Shown here: one piece after another, positions 39,780-50,132 of the stretch
Position numbering within the stretch: position 1 is the stretch's first letter
How the letters are laid out: every line of letters starts with the position of its first letter
Assembly: GCA_964631565.1 (NCBI GenBank)
Contig: CAZVYJ010000001.1
Location: forward strand, 12,705-76,704
Direction of reading: 5' to 3'
Source of the DNA: an uncultured Planctomycetaceae bacterium
Lineage (GTDB): Bacteria > Planctomycetota > Phycisphaerae > SM23-33
Length of the DNA stretch: 64,000 bases
Made by a program: the position numbers and the translations under genes
The notes under the pieces: generated by a model
Seen by the model: only the letters and a program-made list of their open reading frames with translations
The model's database searches: none
What the model was told of the DNA's origin: nothing

Positions 39780-41126
39780 ATGTTTTCACGTATTCTGGTC
39801 GCCAACAGGGGCGAAGTGGCCCTTCGAATCATCCGGGCATGCAAAGAGCTCGGCGTCGAGACCGTCGCGGTGTTTTCCGAGGCGGACCGCGGCGCCAGCT
39901 ATCTGCACCTGGCCGACGACCGCGTCTGCATCGGGCCGGGCGCATCTTCGGAAAGCTATCTGAACATTCCGAGAATCATAGCCGCCGCCGAAATCGCCGA
40001 CGTCGAGGCGATTCATCCCGGCTACGGCTTTCTCGCCGAGAATGCGCATTTTGCGGAAGTCTGCCGCGAATGCAAAATCGAGTTTATCGGCCCCAGCGCC
40101 GAGAGCATGAAGGCCCTCGGCGACAAGATTCAGGCCAAGGCCCTCGCCAAGAGAGCCAACGTTCCGACGGCGCCCGACAGCAACGGCGCGGTCGAGACGG
40201 TGGCCGACGCGGTCCGCATCGCCAACCAGATAGGCTATCCCGTGGCCCTGAAGGCGGCGGCGGGCGGCGGCGGGCGGGGCATTCGTTTCGCCCATAACGA
40301 AGCCACGCTGAAGAGCGTCTTCAAGCAGGCCCAGGCCGAGGCGGAGATAGCGTTCAACGACGGCCGGCTGTACATGGAAAAGTGCATCGAGAACTTTCGC
40401 CACATCGAGGTGCAGATTCTCGGCGACTCGACCGGAAAGGTCGTCCACCTGTTCGAACGTGAATGCTCCGTGCAGCGCCGCCGGCAGAAGGTTATCGAAG
40501 AAACCCCGGCTCCGGGACTTTGCCCTGACCTGCGGAATGAAATCTGCGCGTCGGCTGTCCGCCTGGCGAAGGAAGTCGGCTACCAGAACGCCGGCACCGT
40601 CGAATTCATGCTGGATTCGCACAACAGGTTCTACTTCCTGGAGGTGAACACCAGAATCCAGGTCGAGCACCCGATTACCGAAATGGTCACCGGCATCGAC
40701 CTGGTCAAGTGGCAGATTCGCATCGCATCCGGCGAGACGCTGGACTTCGACCAGCAGGACATAAAGCAGACCGGTTCGAGCATCGAGTGCCGCATCAACG
40801 CCGAAGACCCGGCGCATAATTTCCGTCCTTCGCCGGGCAGGGTTGACGCCTTTGTTGCCCCGGGCGGACCGGGCGTGCGGTGGGACTCGCACGTCTATCA
40901 GGGCTACGAGATTCCGCCGACCTACGACAGCCTCATCGGAAAGCTTATCGTACACCGCGCGACGCGGACTGACGCCATCGCCACCACGAAAAGGGCGCTG
41001 GACGAATTCGTCATATTCCCGACCAAGACCACCATCCCGCTCTGCAAGGAAATTCTCACGCACGACAAATTCATCAGCGGCAAGTGGGACACGATGTATA
41101 TCGAACGGGAGATGCTTGGCAGCTAA
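39780..41126 (+). CDS. accC: acetyl-CoA carboxylase biotin carboxylase subunit
   Basis: [28 protein letters not shown]-grasp [25 protein letters not shown]. Confidence 0.95.
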   Translation: MFSRILVANRGEVALRIIRACKELGVETVAVFSEADRGASYLHLADDRVCIGPGASSESYLNIPRIIAAAEIADVEAIHPGYGFLAENAHFAEVCRECKIEFIGPSAESMKALGDKIQAKALAKRANVPTAPDSNGAVETVADAVRIANQIGYPVALKAAAGGGGRGIRFAHNEATLKSVFKQAQAEAEIAFNDGRLYMEKCIENFRHIEVQILGDSTGKVVHLFERECSVQRRRQKVIEETPAPGLCPDLRNEICASAVRLAKEVGYQNAGTVEFMLDSHNRFYFLEVNTRIQVEHPITEMVTGIDLVKWQIRIASGETLDFDQQDIKQTGSSIECRINAEDPAHNFRPSPGRVDAFVAPGGPGVRWDSHVYQGYEIPPTYDSLIGKLIVHRATRTDAIATTKRALDEFVIFPTKTTIPLCKEILTHDKFISGKWDTMYIEREMLGS

Positions 41127-41265
41127 GCTGACAGCAACAGTTTCTGTTGCTGACAGCTTAGAGCAGGAGAGAGTTGAAAGTAGAGAGTAGAAAATACTCC
41201 GGATGCACAATTTGGCGAATTGCTTTGGTTTGGAATACTTCGTTCTCCTGCGGTCTACTTTCTAC
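41127..41265 (+). repeat. intergenic repeat element copy B (same family as 36926-37106)
   Basis: Hairpin gctgacagcaacag-ttt-ctgttgctgacagc directly after the accC stop. Core ttagagcaggagagagttgaaagtagagagtaga, then gttctcctgcgg-tctactttct. Lies in the 5-prime leader of the PFK gene. Confidence 0.6.
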
Positions 41266-41348
41266 TATCTATAATTGCGATGTTGCGTGTATCGAATGTT
41301 GTTGTGAGCAAATTCTTGTTGAGATTTCAGAACTACGTAGAAACGGAG

Positions 41349-42578
41349 ATGCCAGAAATGCCGGATTCAGCAAAAGGCAATGCGGTTATAGGACAGTCAG
41401 GCGGCCCGACGGCGGTCATCAACCAGTCGCTCGTCGGCGTCATTGAAGCCGTTCAGAAGAGCAGCCGGATAGACAGACTTCTGGGCGCTCGCAACGGCGT
41501 GCGAGGAATAGTCGAGGAACGCTTCACCGACCTCAAGGGCCTCGGCGCCGACCTGCTTGAGAAGGTCGCGCAGACGCCAGCGGCGGCGCTTGGCTCCAGC
41601 CGCGACAAGCCGGACGAAGCATACTGCGAGAAAATCCTCAAGGTTTTCGAGAAGAACAACGTCCGTTATTTCTTCTATATCGGCGGCAACGACTCGGCCG
41701 ACACGGCCCGCATCGTGAACGAGATGGCCAACCGGAGCGGCTACGAGCTTCGGACGTTCCACATTCCCAAGACGATCGACAACGACCTGCGCGTTACCGA
41801 CCACTGCCCGGGCTATGGCTCGGCGGCGAAATTCGTCGCGTCGGCGTTCATGGGCGACGACCGCGACTCGGCCTCGCTGCCCGGAATCAAGATTAACATC
41901 GTCATGGGCCGCCACGCAGGCTGGCTCACTGCGGCTGCAACGCTCGGGCGCTGCGACGAAACCGACGGTCCTCATCTGGTTTACGTGCCGGAGAAGCCGT
42001 TTGTGACATCGAAATTCCTTGAAGACGTCAAGGAAGTCTACGGCCGCCTCGGCCGCTGCCAGATTGCCGTCTCCGAAGGCGTCGAGGACGAGACAGGCAT
42101 TTCGGTCGCCGCGTCGCTGGCTGAGCGGCTCGGCCACCGCGTCGAGCGCGACAGCCACGGCAACGTCCAGCTTTCGGGTTCGGGCATGCTGGGCGACTTC
42201 CTGGCCGACTACCTCAAGAAGGAAATGAAGCAGAGCTACAAGTCGCTTCGCGTCCGGGCCGATACGTTCGGCTATCTCCAGAGGAGTTTCGCCGGGTACG
42301 CATCATCGGTTGACCAGGCCGAGGCTCGCCTTGCCGGCCGCACCGCCGTCAAGTACGCCACTTCCGGCGATATCGACGGCTCGGTGGCCTTCAGGCGGAC
42401 GGGCGAGGGCGACAAGTACGGCATCGAGTGTTTCCGGGCAGAACTGAAAGACGTCGCCCGCGAGACCAAGCACCTGCCGGCCGAGTTCATAAACAAGGAT
42501 CACAACGGCATAACCGAGGCGTTCCGCAAATACGCCATGCCGCTGGTCGGCGGCCTGCCGGTTATCGGCAAACTGTAA
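41349..42578 (+). CDS. pfp: 6-phosphofructokinase, PPi-dependent-type signatures (PKTIDND)
   Basis: Start MPEMPDSAKGNAVIGQSGGPTAVIN (ORF-track start 41220 lies inside the repeat element). FYIGGNDSADTA replaces GGDGS. HIPKTIDNDL has the Lys typical of PPi-PFKs. MGRHAGWL. Confidence 0.75.
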   Translation: MPEMPDSAKGNAVIGQSGGPTAVINQSLVGVIEAVQKSSRIDRLLGARNGVRGIVEERFTDLKGLGADLLEKVAQTPAAALGSSRDKPDEAYCEKILKVFEKNNVRYFFYIGGNDSADTARIVNEMANRSGYELRTFHIPKTIDNDLRVTDHCPGYGSAAKFVASAFMGDDRDSASLPGIKINIVMGRHAGWLTAAATLGRCDETDGPHLVYVPEKPFVTSKFLEDVKEVYGRLGRCQIAVSEGVEDETGISVAASLAERLGHRVERDSHGNVQLSGSGMLGDFLADYLKKEMKQSYKSLRVRADTFGYLQRSFAGYASSVDQAEARLAGRTAVKYATSGDIDGSVAFRRTGEGDKYGIECFRAELKDVARETKHLPAEFINKDHNGITEAFRKYAMPLVGGLPVIGKL

Positions 42579-42754
42579 GCCGCACCTGACAAATTGAGAT
42601 TTTGTGAAATAAACGCCAGGCGACGGGTAGTAATGCCGGTCGCCTGGCTGTTTGCATGAAAGGAAGTGATGCACGACAGTACACGAGAATGAAAACGACC
42701 CGGAATCGGTTCCCGGGCGTGATTTATAAATATCTCTTTAATGGAGATTGCAGC

Positions 42755-44737
42755 ATGGGGAAGTTTGCAAAGTACGAAGAACTGCCTATTGTATCCATAA
42801 GCCCCGAGGGCTGGATTCGATGTTACCTTGAGAAGCAGCGTGACGGCTTGACCGGCCATCTCGAAGCCGGCGGGCATCCGTTCAACACTCGCGGGTGGGC
42901 GGCCAGGAGAACCATGCACGTTGACGGCGGCGCATGGTGGCCTTATGAACAGACCGGCTACTGGATTGACGGGATGATCCGATGCGGGCACCTGCTGGGC
43001 GACGAGTTTCTTTTGGCGAGGGCGCGCGAAAGTACGAATTATGTCCTGCGGCACGCCGACCGCGACGGCTACCTCGGGCCGCAGTTCCTCAAGAAGGAAG
43101 TGGACATTCCTCGGGCCAAGCTGCGCTGGGCGCACGCGGTGTTCTTCCGCGCGATGATGGCCGATTACAGCGCAACCGGCGACAGGAAAATTCCGCTGGC
43201 ACTGACAAAACATTATCTCGGCGACAAGTACACCTACAGCGACGAGCGCGACGCCGTCAACATCGAGCCGATGTGCTGGGTGTACTCGGTTACGGGCGAC
43301 AGGAGACTGCTGAAACGGGCCGAGCGGGCATACGAGCTGATGAACGCCCGCTACCCGAACGAGGACTGGTCGGTCAAAACCATGCTCAGCAGTCGGCGCG
43401 GCAGCGAACACGGCGTGACATACCTGGAAATCTGCAAGCTGGGCGTGATTCTCTATCTCGCCGGCGGCAACCGCAAGTATCTGGACGCCGGCGTCAACGC
43501 GTTCCGCAAACTCGATAAATACCACATGCTCATCGACGGCGTGCCTAGCTCCAACGAATTTCTGAGCGGCAGGGATCCGATGGACAGCCACGAGACATGC
43601 GATATCGCCGATTACACATGGTCGGCCGGCTATCTGCTGCTGGCCACCGGCGACGCGACCTGGGCCGACAAAATCGAGCGTGCCTGCTTCAACGCAGCCC
43701 CCGGTGCAGTCAAGAGCGACTTCAAGGCCCTGCAATATTTCTCGTGCCCCAACCAGATTGTCGCGACCGGGACGTCCAACCATAATCCATTCATCCGCGG
43801 CTCGAAGGCCATGAGCTTCCGCCTGCACCACGGCGCGATGTGCTGCCCTGGCGAGGTCAACCGGATAATGCCGAACTATGCCGCCCGCATGTGGCTGAGC
43901 GACGGGGCCGGCGGACTGACAGCCGCCCTCTACGGGCCAAGCCGGATTACCGCGAAGGTCGGTGCCGGCAGGGGCAGGGAAGTAACCATTGTCGAGGAAA
44001 CTTCATATCCGTTCTCGGATCGCATCGATTTCGATATTCGCACGGACAGGCCGGTCAAGTTCCCGCTGTCGCTGCGGATTCCGGCATGGTGCCGCGGCGC
44101 GAAGGTGCTGTTAAACGGCAAGCCGCTGAAAATAAGGACGAAACCGGGCAGCTTCGTAAAAATCGGCCGCACGTTCAACCGCAACGACCGCATAACGCTC
44201 GTGCTGCCGATGAAGCTGAAGCTCAGCCGCTGGCCGGGCGGGGGCGTCGGCATCGAGCGCGGGCCGCTGGTCTACTCGCTAGGCATCGCGGAGGACTGGC
44301 GCGTCGACAAGGCCGACAAGGACTCGACGAAGGATATGCCCGCGTGGGACCTTTTTCCGGCCAGTGAGTGGAACTACGCACTTGCCCTGGACGCCGGAAC
44401 GCTGGACCGCGACGTCGAAGTAATTCATCGCGAATATTCGCCCGATCCTTGGTCACTGGAAGCGGCCCCGATTGTTCTGCGCGTTCCGGCCAGGAAGGTT
44501 CGCGGCTGGAAAATGAAACCGACGAAAACCGTCATGCGGGCCGGTTTCGACCCCGACGGCAAGCCGAACTGGACCAAGGCAACCGCGGAAGGCAACGGTA
44601 TGTTCTATCTCACGCCTCCGCTGCCTGATGAAAAATCGCTGAAGAAGCGGCTTTCGAAAAAAGTGGAAACCATAACGCTCGTGCCTTACGGCTGCACGCA
44701 CCTGCGGATTACCATTTTCCCGCAGTGCGGAAAGTAA
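42755..44737 (+). CDS. glycoside hydrolase family 127 (DUF1680, beta-L-arabinofuranosidase-like)
   Basis: ggag RBS then MGKFAKYEEL. HHGAMCCPGE contains the Cys-Cys/Glu zinc cluster of the HypBA1 family. ~660 aa. Confidence 0.6.
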   Translation: MGKFAKYEELPIVSISPEGWIRCYLEKQRDGLTGHLEAGGHPFNTRGWAARRTMHVDGGAWWPYEQTGYWIDGMIRCGHLLGDEFLLARARESTNYVLRHADRDGYLGPQFLKKEVDIPRAKLRWAHAVFFRAMMADYSATGDRKIPLALTKHYLGDKYTYSDERDAVNIEPMCWVYSVTGDRRLLKRAERAYELMNARYPNEDWSVKTMLSSRRGSEHGVTYLEICKLGVILYLAGGNRKYLDAGVNAFRKLDKYHMLIDGVPSSNEFLSGRDPMDSHETCDIADYTWSAGYLLLATGDATWADKIERACFNAAPGAVKSDFKALQYFSCPNQIVATGTSNHNPFIRGSKAMSFRLHHGAMCCPGEVNRIMPNYAARMWLSDGAGGLTAALYGPSRITAKVGAGRGREVTIVEETSYPFSDRIDFDIRTDRPVKFPLSLRIPAWCRGAKVLLNGKPLKIRTKPGSFVKIGRTFNRNDRITLVLPMKLKLSRWPGGGVGIERGPLVYSLGIAEDWRVDKADKDSTKDMPAWDLFPASEWNYALALDAGTLDRDVEVIHREYSPDPWSLEAAPIVLRVPARKVRGWKMKPTKTVMRAGFDPDGKPNWTKATAEGNGMFYLTPPLPDEKSLKKRLSKKVETITLVPYGCTHLRITIFPQCGK

Positions 44738-44740
44738 AAA

Positions 44741-44771
44741 TAAACGCGGCCGGTACGGACCGCGTTTATTT
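44741..44771. terminator. bidirectional intrinsic terminator between convergent genes
   Basis: aaaataAACGCGGccggtacggaCCGCGTTTatttttg: 8-bp GC stem, A-tract 5-prime, T-tract 3-prime. Loop contains CCGTACGG-like palindrome. Confidence 0.75.
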
Positions 44772-44847
44772 TTGTTTGACGGGTGGCGAGTACGGGTTGC
44801 TTTTCAGCGAACACGGATTGACAAGCAAGCCGTGCCGCCCGATGGTT

Positions 44848-46062
44848 TTACGCGCCGAATTTTTCCAGCTTTTCGGCGTGAGCCATGGCGAGCGGCAGCA
44901 GTTCCTTTGCGGGGATCGTGCCGATCTGGCCGCTGCGGCAGTGCACTTCGTCGAACGGCGCGCCGTCGCCGCCGCGGAGGTGTGGGGCCTTCATCAGCAC
45001 CGGCACCGGGTGCCAGCTGTGCGCCTTCAGGCTCGGCGGGGTCGAATGGTCGCCGGTGACGATAAGTACATCCGGCTTGCCGGCCAGCAGCGTCGGCAGG
45101 GCGGCGTCCATTTCCTCGATGCGTTTGATCTTGCCTGCCAGGTCGCCGTCTTCGCCGGTCTTGTCGGTGTACTTGAAGTGCGCGAAGACGAACGTATGGT
45201 CGGCCATCGCCTTGACAGTCTCCTTGCAGACGTCGGCTGCGGTTGTCGGCTGCGAAACCACCGGCATGCCGAGCAGCCTGGCCACGCCGCGATACATCGG
45301 ATAGCCGGCGACGGCTGCGGGCTTGAGCTTGTAGCGGGCGGCGAACGTCGGCCACTTCGGAAACTCGGCGAACCCGCGGGCGAGAATCATGTTCGCTTTC
45401 GGTTCGTCGGCAAGAATCTTTTTCACCTGCTCGATTATGTTCGCGACCATGGCGGCCGTCTTCGACTTGTCGTGAGGCGGGCGGACGGGCGAAAGCGGCG
45501 GGATGCCGGTTTTCTGCGGGTCGGTGTCGCCGATATTCTCATCAAGTCCGTCGCCGCGTATGACCATTACGGCGCGATGCTCCGCCTCGGTCTCGAAAAA
45601 CACCTCAACGCCGGCGGGAGCTTTTAACTTTTCACGAATCATCTTCAAAATACGCCTGTTGTCTTCGTCGGGAATTCGTCCAGCCCGGCGGTCGGTCACG
45701 TTGCCGGCCTTGTCTATCGTGCAGAAATTCAGCCTGGCTGCAACGTCTCGGGACTCCAGCGGAAACTCGACGCCCAGCGCGCTAAGCACGCCTCGGCCGA
45801 CCTGGTAGATAATCGGATCGTAGCCGAACAGTCCGAGATGCCCCGGTCCGCTGCCCGGAGTGATGGCCGTGGCTACCGGCACTGAGAGGCCCAGTGCGCT
45901 TGTCTTGGCCAGCGCATCGAAGTTGGGTTTCCTGGCCAGATGCAGGGCCGTCCCTTTGCCGTCGTTATCGCAGTCGCCCAGGCCGTCCATCACCAGCAGA
46001 ACGATGCGTTTGTCGTTTGCCGTGGCGAGCGAACTTATGAGATTGCCGTATGTGTCTTCCAT
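44848..46062 (-). CDS. apgM: cofactor-independent phosphoglycerate mutase, archaeal type
   Basis: ~400 aa, RIVLLVMDGLGD metal-binding N-terminus, VIVTGDHSTPP, HSWHPVP: the ApgM family pattern. Confidence 0.8.
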   Translation of the reverse strand: MEDTYGNLISSLATANDKRIVLLVMDGLGDCDNDGKGTALHLARKPNFDALAKTSALGLSVPVATAITPGSGPGHLGLFGYDPIIYQVGRGVLSALGVEFPLESRDVAARLNFCTIDKAGNVTDRRAGRIPDEDNRRILKMIREKLKAPAGVEVFFETEAEHRAVMVIRGDGLDENIGDTDPQKTGIPPLSPVRPPHDKSKTAAMVANIIEQVKKILADEPKANMILARGFAEFPKWPTFAARYKLKPAAVAGYPMYRGVARLLGMPVVSQPTTAADVCKETVKAMADHTFVFAHFKYTDKTGEDGDLAGKIKRIEEMDAALPTLLAGKPDVLIVTGDHSTPPSLKAHSWHPVPVLMKAPHLRGGDGAPFDEVHCRSGQIGTIPAKELLPLAMAHAEKLEKFGA

Positions 46063-46183
46063 CTTGATAAATCCTTCTCAACTGAAATTGCGGATTTTTA
46101 AACACAGAACTCAGAACTCTGAACTCGGAACTATTAAAATAACAGGCGGTAAGTTTATCACCACTGCGGGCGGGCGTCCACGG

Positions 46184-48253
46184 TCATTGCTTCGGCAGGT
46201 GCCGGCTGGGGTTGCTGATATCCATTTCGGCCTCCTGAAGGTGCCTTGCCGCCTCCGTATAGCCGGGATTGATCTCCAGTGCCTTGCTGAATGCGTCGCG
46301 TGCGGCTTTGAAATCCCTGACGTGGCCGGGGTCTTTCACGCAAACCTTGATGATTCCGCGTTTGGCCAGGCAGACACCCAGCATGTTCCACGCCCTGTAC
46401 GATTCGGGGTCTTCCTTGACGGCGGCTTCGAAAACTTCCACGGCGGCCGTCAGCCAGCCAAGGCGGTCCAGCGTAAGCCCGCAGCTGTACAGCGCGTGGG
46501 CCGGCACGGGGTCTGTCGTCCTGAGATGGTCGATAAGCTTGGCGGTCTTGAGATTGGCCTCGGTTATTTCGCACTCGTCGATGAGGCCATCGTTCTGCCC
46601 GCCGCGGCGCAGGAACAGCACGTGCATGCCGTCGATGTAAACGACCGCCCATTTGCTGTCCCGGCTTAGCTCCTCGACGAGCTTTATTGTTCCGCGGCCG
46701 ACGCGAAGTGCGGCTATTTCCAGCGAGTATTTTTTAACGGCTTCGTCAAACGGGCGCACCGCGTAGTCGAAGTCCATCATTTCCTTCATGACGCTCGGCG
46801 GATAGGCCCATATGTTCGTCAGAGCGGGCACGTCCGGCCGGGGCGAGGTGAAGTAATGCACACTGCACGAGGCGTCCCAGTCGGCCCATATCCGGCCTTT
46901 GGGCTTGTGCTCGGTCAGCCACTGCGTCATGTCGAGCGGCAGGTTCAGCCGCGAGAACCCGGTTCCGAAGCGGTAGGGCGATTGCTCTTCGTAATAGAAT
47001 CGCTGGTCGACGACCGACAGCGTGAACCAGCCGCACACTGCGGCCAGCACCAGGCCGGCGGCTGCGATGGCGGCGTTTCGCATACGGAATTGCGTCTGGC
47101 CGATGACCGGGGCCAGGAACTGCCAGCTTGCCGCAAGCGCCAGCGGCGTTATGACTATCGCGGCTACCCCGATGTTACGGCGCATGGAGAGCGAGACAGC
47201 CGTCATGGCTGCGATTATCAACGCGAAGGCGAAACGTTTTTTCAGCAGCGAGAGAACAAATCCCAGCGCCGCCGCCGCGAGCAGTATGCGGTATGCCTGT
47301 GTGGATTTGAACTCCAGGAACGCTCCGGGCGCGAACGGACGGTACATTTCGCCGATGTACGACCACGGGTGCGTCGCCGTAGCCGGGTCGCCCGCGATAT
47401 GGTGCTTCTGCATGAACAGCAGCGTGTCAACCGGCAGCATCGCCAGCCGCCACGTCCATGGATTGATGAAGCATACGACAATCTGCGCGACGAGAACAAA
47501 GGCGAGCATGTTTGCCTGCCGACGATAATCGGGAGCTTCCGCGGCCGGGACATTTTTCTTCGGCCATATCGCCATCACGACGCGGTCGATGAACGCCGCA
47601 CCGGTGAGCACCAGCCCCAGCAGGAAGTAGCTGTGCAGGTTCACCAGCAGCAGCTGCAGCACGACCATCGCCGCTGCGACGCGCCATCGCAATTTCGCCA
47701 CGACAAGCAGGTACAGCTGCGCCGCCAGCACAGTGTATCCGAACATCTCCGGGCGGAGGTTGAAGCGGTCGTAGGCCGTCATCGCGGCCAGCAGAACTCC
47801 CGCCCCGGCCAGCAGCGGGGGAACGCCGAGCTTCAGCATTATCACCGTTATCAGCAGGAACACCGCCAGCACCATCGCCGCCTGCAGCACCGACAGGCCC
47901 ACAGGCCCGAACCAGCGGTGCACGGCGGCCATGATTACCTGGCTGAGCCAGTTGGCGTTCGGAAAACGGTAGTGACCTTCCCTGTCGTACCAGCTGCCGG
48001 GGCTGAGATTCCGCCTGTCGGCCAGCGTCGGGTCAGGCAGCGTGTAGATGAAATCGTTGTGATCCACGATCCTGCCGTGATCGAGAAACTCCTCGCCGTA
48101 CGCCAGGTGATAGCCGATGTCCGGGCTGGATATGGTTCTTACCCCGAGCACAGCAGCCAGCAGCACCGCGACGCACATGGCGAAAATGGCGACCAATCGC
48201 GGCGCCAAAGGCGTGCGGACGGGCGGAGTTGTCGCGGGCAAGTTGTTTTCCAT
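46184..48253 (-). CDS. polytopic membrane protein with C-terminal TPR repeats (GT-C glycosyltransferase-like)
   Basis: ~11 TM helices, then soluble region ending in TPR-like AWNMLGVCLAKRG...INPGYTEAARHLQEAE. Start set to the internal ATG (MENNLPATT) because the ORF-track start at 48328 falls on the 3-prime end of tRNA-Glu. Confidence 0.45.
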   Translation of the reverse strand: MENNLPATTPPVRTPLAPRLVAIFAMCVAVLLAAVLGVRTISSPDIGYHLAYGEEFLDHGRIVDHNDFIYTLPDPTLADRRNLSPGSWYDREGHYRFPNANWLSQVIMAAVHRWFGPVGLSVLQAAMVLAVFLLITVIMLKLGVPPLLAGAGVLLAAMTAYDRFNLRPEMFGYTVLAAQLYLLVVAKLRWRVAAAMVVLQLLLVNLHSYFLLGLVLTGAAFIDRVVMAIWPKKNVPAAEAPDYRRQANMLAFVLVAQIVVCFINPWTWRLAMLPVDTLLFMQKHHIAGDPATATHPWSYIGEMYRPFAPGAFLEFKSTQAYRILLAAAALGFVLSLLKKRFAFALIIAAMTAVSLSMRRNIGVAAIVITPLALAASWQFLAPVIGQTQFRMRNAAIAAAGLVLAAVCGWFTLSVVDQRFYYEEQSPYRFGTGFSRLNLPLDMTQWLTEHKPKGRIWADWDASCSVHYFTSPRPDVPALTNIWAYPPSVMKEMMDFDYAVRPFDEAVKKYSLEIAALRVGRGTIKLVEELSRDSKWAVVYIDGMHVLFLRRGGQNDGLIDECEITEANLKTAKLIDHLRTTDPVPAHALYSCGLTLDRLGWLTAAVEVFEAAVKEDPESYRAWNMLGVCLAKRGIIKVCVKDPGHVRDFKAARDAFSKALEINPGYTEAARHLQEAEMDISNPSRHLPKQ

Positions 48254-48327
48254 GGCAGGGGGATTGTAACTGACTTTCGGCGCAAAAGAAACGGCGGCCT
48301 GCATTCGTTCATGAATACAGGCCGCCA

Positions 48328-48400
48328 TGACCCCAAGGGGAATCGAACCCCTGTTACCGGGATGAAAACCCGATGTCCTAGTCCGCTAGACGATGGGGCC
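48328..48400 (-). tRNA. tRNA-Glu (anticodon UUC)
   Basis: Minus strand reads GGCCCCATCGTCTAGCGGACTAGGACATCGGGTTTTCATCCCGGTAACAGGGGTTCGATTCCCCTTGGGGTCA: 7-bp acceptor stem, D-arm, anticodon loop TTTTCAT, T-arm GGTTCGATTCC. No encoded CCA. Confidence 0.85.
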
Positions 48401-48687
48401 GAACAATTACTGCCGAAAAAGGCCCCAGCCGGAATGCACCGGCTGTCCCGTGAGAATAACCCGACGGGGACGAGTATGTTACAAGATTCTCGGCATTCGT
48501 CAATGCTCGAATTGAGGAAAACAGTGGTTTATTCCTGCCGCAGATATTCGATTTGCCGAAGCATCTGTAATCAGTGCGGCTTGTCGTATAACTGTCCACC
48601 GGGCTGTAAATCACATTGCACTGATGGTATAACGTGGGCACATATGATCGCGGCTTACTCTTTCGCAGGCGCTAAAAGGCATCAAAG

Positions 48688-50106
48688 ATGAAGATAGTTA
48701 TCTTTCAAATGAATTTTCCGGATGCGATTTCCCAGGCGATGCCGATTATCGATACGCTGCACAACGGCGGGGCCAAGGTGGTCTTCGTCAATTACTGGTG
48801 CACGGATTATTATCCGGCAAAGGAGCTCAGTGAGGCGGCCGGGCGGTACAAATATATGACACTGTCCGATGGCGGTTTTGCCGGAATTAAACAACTCACC
48901 CGCCGGAAATACCTCAGGAAATGCGGCGACGATATCGATTTTCCAAGGTGCCTGGCCCAGGTTTATATAACCGCCGACTACCCGACAGACAGGGAGCACG
49001 TGTACTCGGATTCCGGCATGTTCAGGCATTATTACGGATTCGCATGGCGTGCGGAACGGCTGCTGAAGAAACTCAAACCCGATTATGCCATTGTTGCACA
49101 CGGCAGCGAGCCGATTTCGAAAATTCTCTACGCCAAAGCCCGCAAGCTGAATATTCCGACGTGCCTGTGGGAAACGAGCTTCTTCAAGGGCAAGATGCTC
49201 GTCGATGACCGCGGGATGCATTTCTTCAGCGGCTTCAATCGTGTGGATTACAACTGGCCGACCGTCAAATCGCGAAAGTTGACTCCGCAGCAGGCGGGGC
49301 GGCTTGAAGATTTCATCTCCGGATGGAAGGCCGGAATCGAGTCCAAGTATTCGCAATCGACTTCCGAGGAAGAAAGGGCCGCGCTGGATGAATTTATTAA
49401 ACCGGGCGAAAAGATACTGTTTTTCCCGGGTCAGCTTTCGCACGACGCGAATGTAATAACCGGCCTGCACGTATTTGACGACTACGCCCAGATGTTGCCA
49501 TTCATTCGCGAGAATCTTCCAGCCGGCTGGAAACTGGTCCATAAGGTTCATCCCAAGGACGAGACGAGCAATTTGCCGCCCGGTGAACTCGATGAAAAAA
49601 CGTTCATCGTACGAAACTTCAGTATTCATGAACTCATATCGAGGAGCAAAGCGGTTTTTGTGCATTCTTCCAACGTCGGGCTGGAAGCGTTGATGTATGG
49701 CAAGGCCGTGATATGCTCCGGCCGGCCTCACTATTCCGGCAAAGGGCTGACTCTTGATTTGCTGAAGCGTGAAGATTTCCGTTCTCTGCTCCGGCAGGCC
49801 TGCGATTTCTCGCCCGATGGCGGCAAGCTCGCGAGCTATCTTTATCACATTATCTTCGAATATCTCATCGATGAGGGTGATTTTTCAGCCCTGAAAAAGC
49901 GCCTTCAGGACGCTGCATGCAACCAGCCCGCAACGGACATATCCGCTCCGTTCTGCGAGAACTATTCGTGGGTGGTGTGCGAGCATCTGGAATTTGTCAG
50001 GCAGTACAATGCGATTGGAGAAACATCCGACAGCCACGACCAGATACTTGCGAATCTGACGGAATCCGTGGCGAGACTGATGCGGGCGAAAGCCGGCAAT
50101 TCGTAA
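48688..50106 (+). CDS. capsule polysaccharide biosynthesis protein, KpsS/KpsC (beta-Kdo transferase)-like
   Basis: ~470 aa. ILFFPGQLSHDANV, VHKVHPKDE and SSNVGLEALMYGKAVICSG resemble the Capsule_synth (KpsS/KpsC/LipA/LipB) family. Assignment by eye only. Confidence 0.45.
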   Translation: MKIVIFQMNFPDAISQAMPIIDTLHNGGAKVVFVNYWCTDYYPAKELSEAAGRYKYMTLSDGGFAGIKQLTRRKYLRKCGDDIDFPRCLAQVYITADYPTDREHVYSDSGMFRHYYGFAWRAERLLKKLKPDYAIVAHGSEPISKILYAKARKLNIPTCLWETSFFKGKMLVDDRGMHFFSGFNRVDYNWPTVKSRKLTPQQAGRLEDFISGWKAGIESKYSQSTSEEERAALDEFIKPGEKILFFPGQLSHDANVITGLHVFDDYAQMLPFIRENLPAGWKLVHKVHPKDETSNLPPGELDEKTFIVRNFSIHELISRSKAVFVHSSNVGLEALMYGKAVICSGRPHYSGKGLTLDLLKREDFRSLLRQACDFSPDGGKLASYLYHIIFEYLIDEGDFSALKKRLQDAACNQPATDISAPFCENYSWVVCEHLEFVRQYNAIGETSDSHDQILANLTESVARLMRAKAGNS

Positions 50107-50132
50107 ATTGGAATTCGGGAAACCTGTTAATT

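Noticed and set aside
39786-41210. 474-aa minus-strand ORF opposite accC
   Set aside because: accC is unambiguous, so this is an antisense artefact.
42500-43831. 443-aa minus-strand ORF opposite the GH127 gene
   Set aside because: Antisense. The plus frame has the GH127 Cys/Glu cluster.
44725-45627. 300-aa plus-strand ORF opposite apgM
   Set aside because: Antisense. It starts inside the bidirectional terminator.
46184-48328. ORF-track start of the TPR membrane protein at 48328
   Set aside because: The first codon coincides with the discriminator base of tRNA-Glu (48328-48400). A downstream ATG (48253, MENNLPATT) was used instead.
48682-49848. 388-aa minus-strand ORF opposite the KpsS/C-like gene
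   Set aside because: Antisense shadow.
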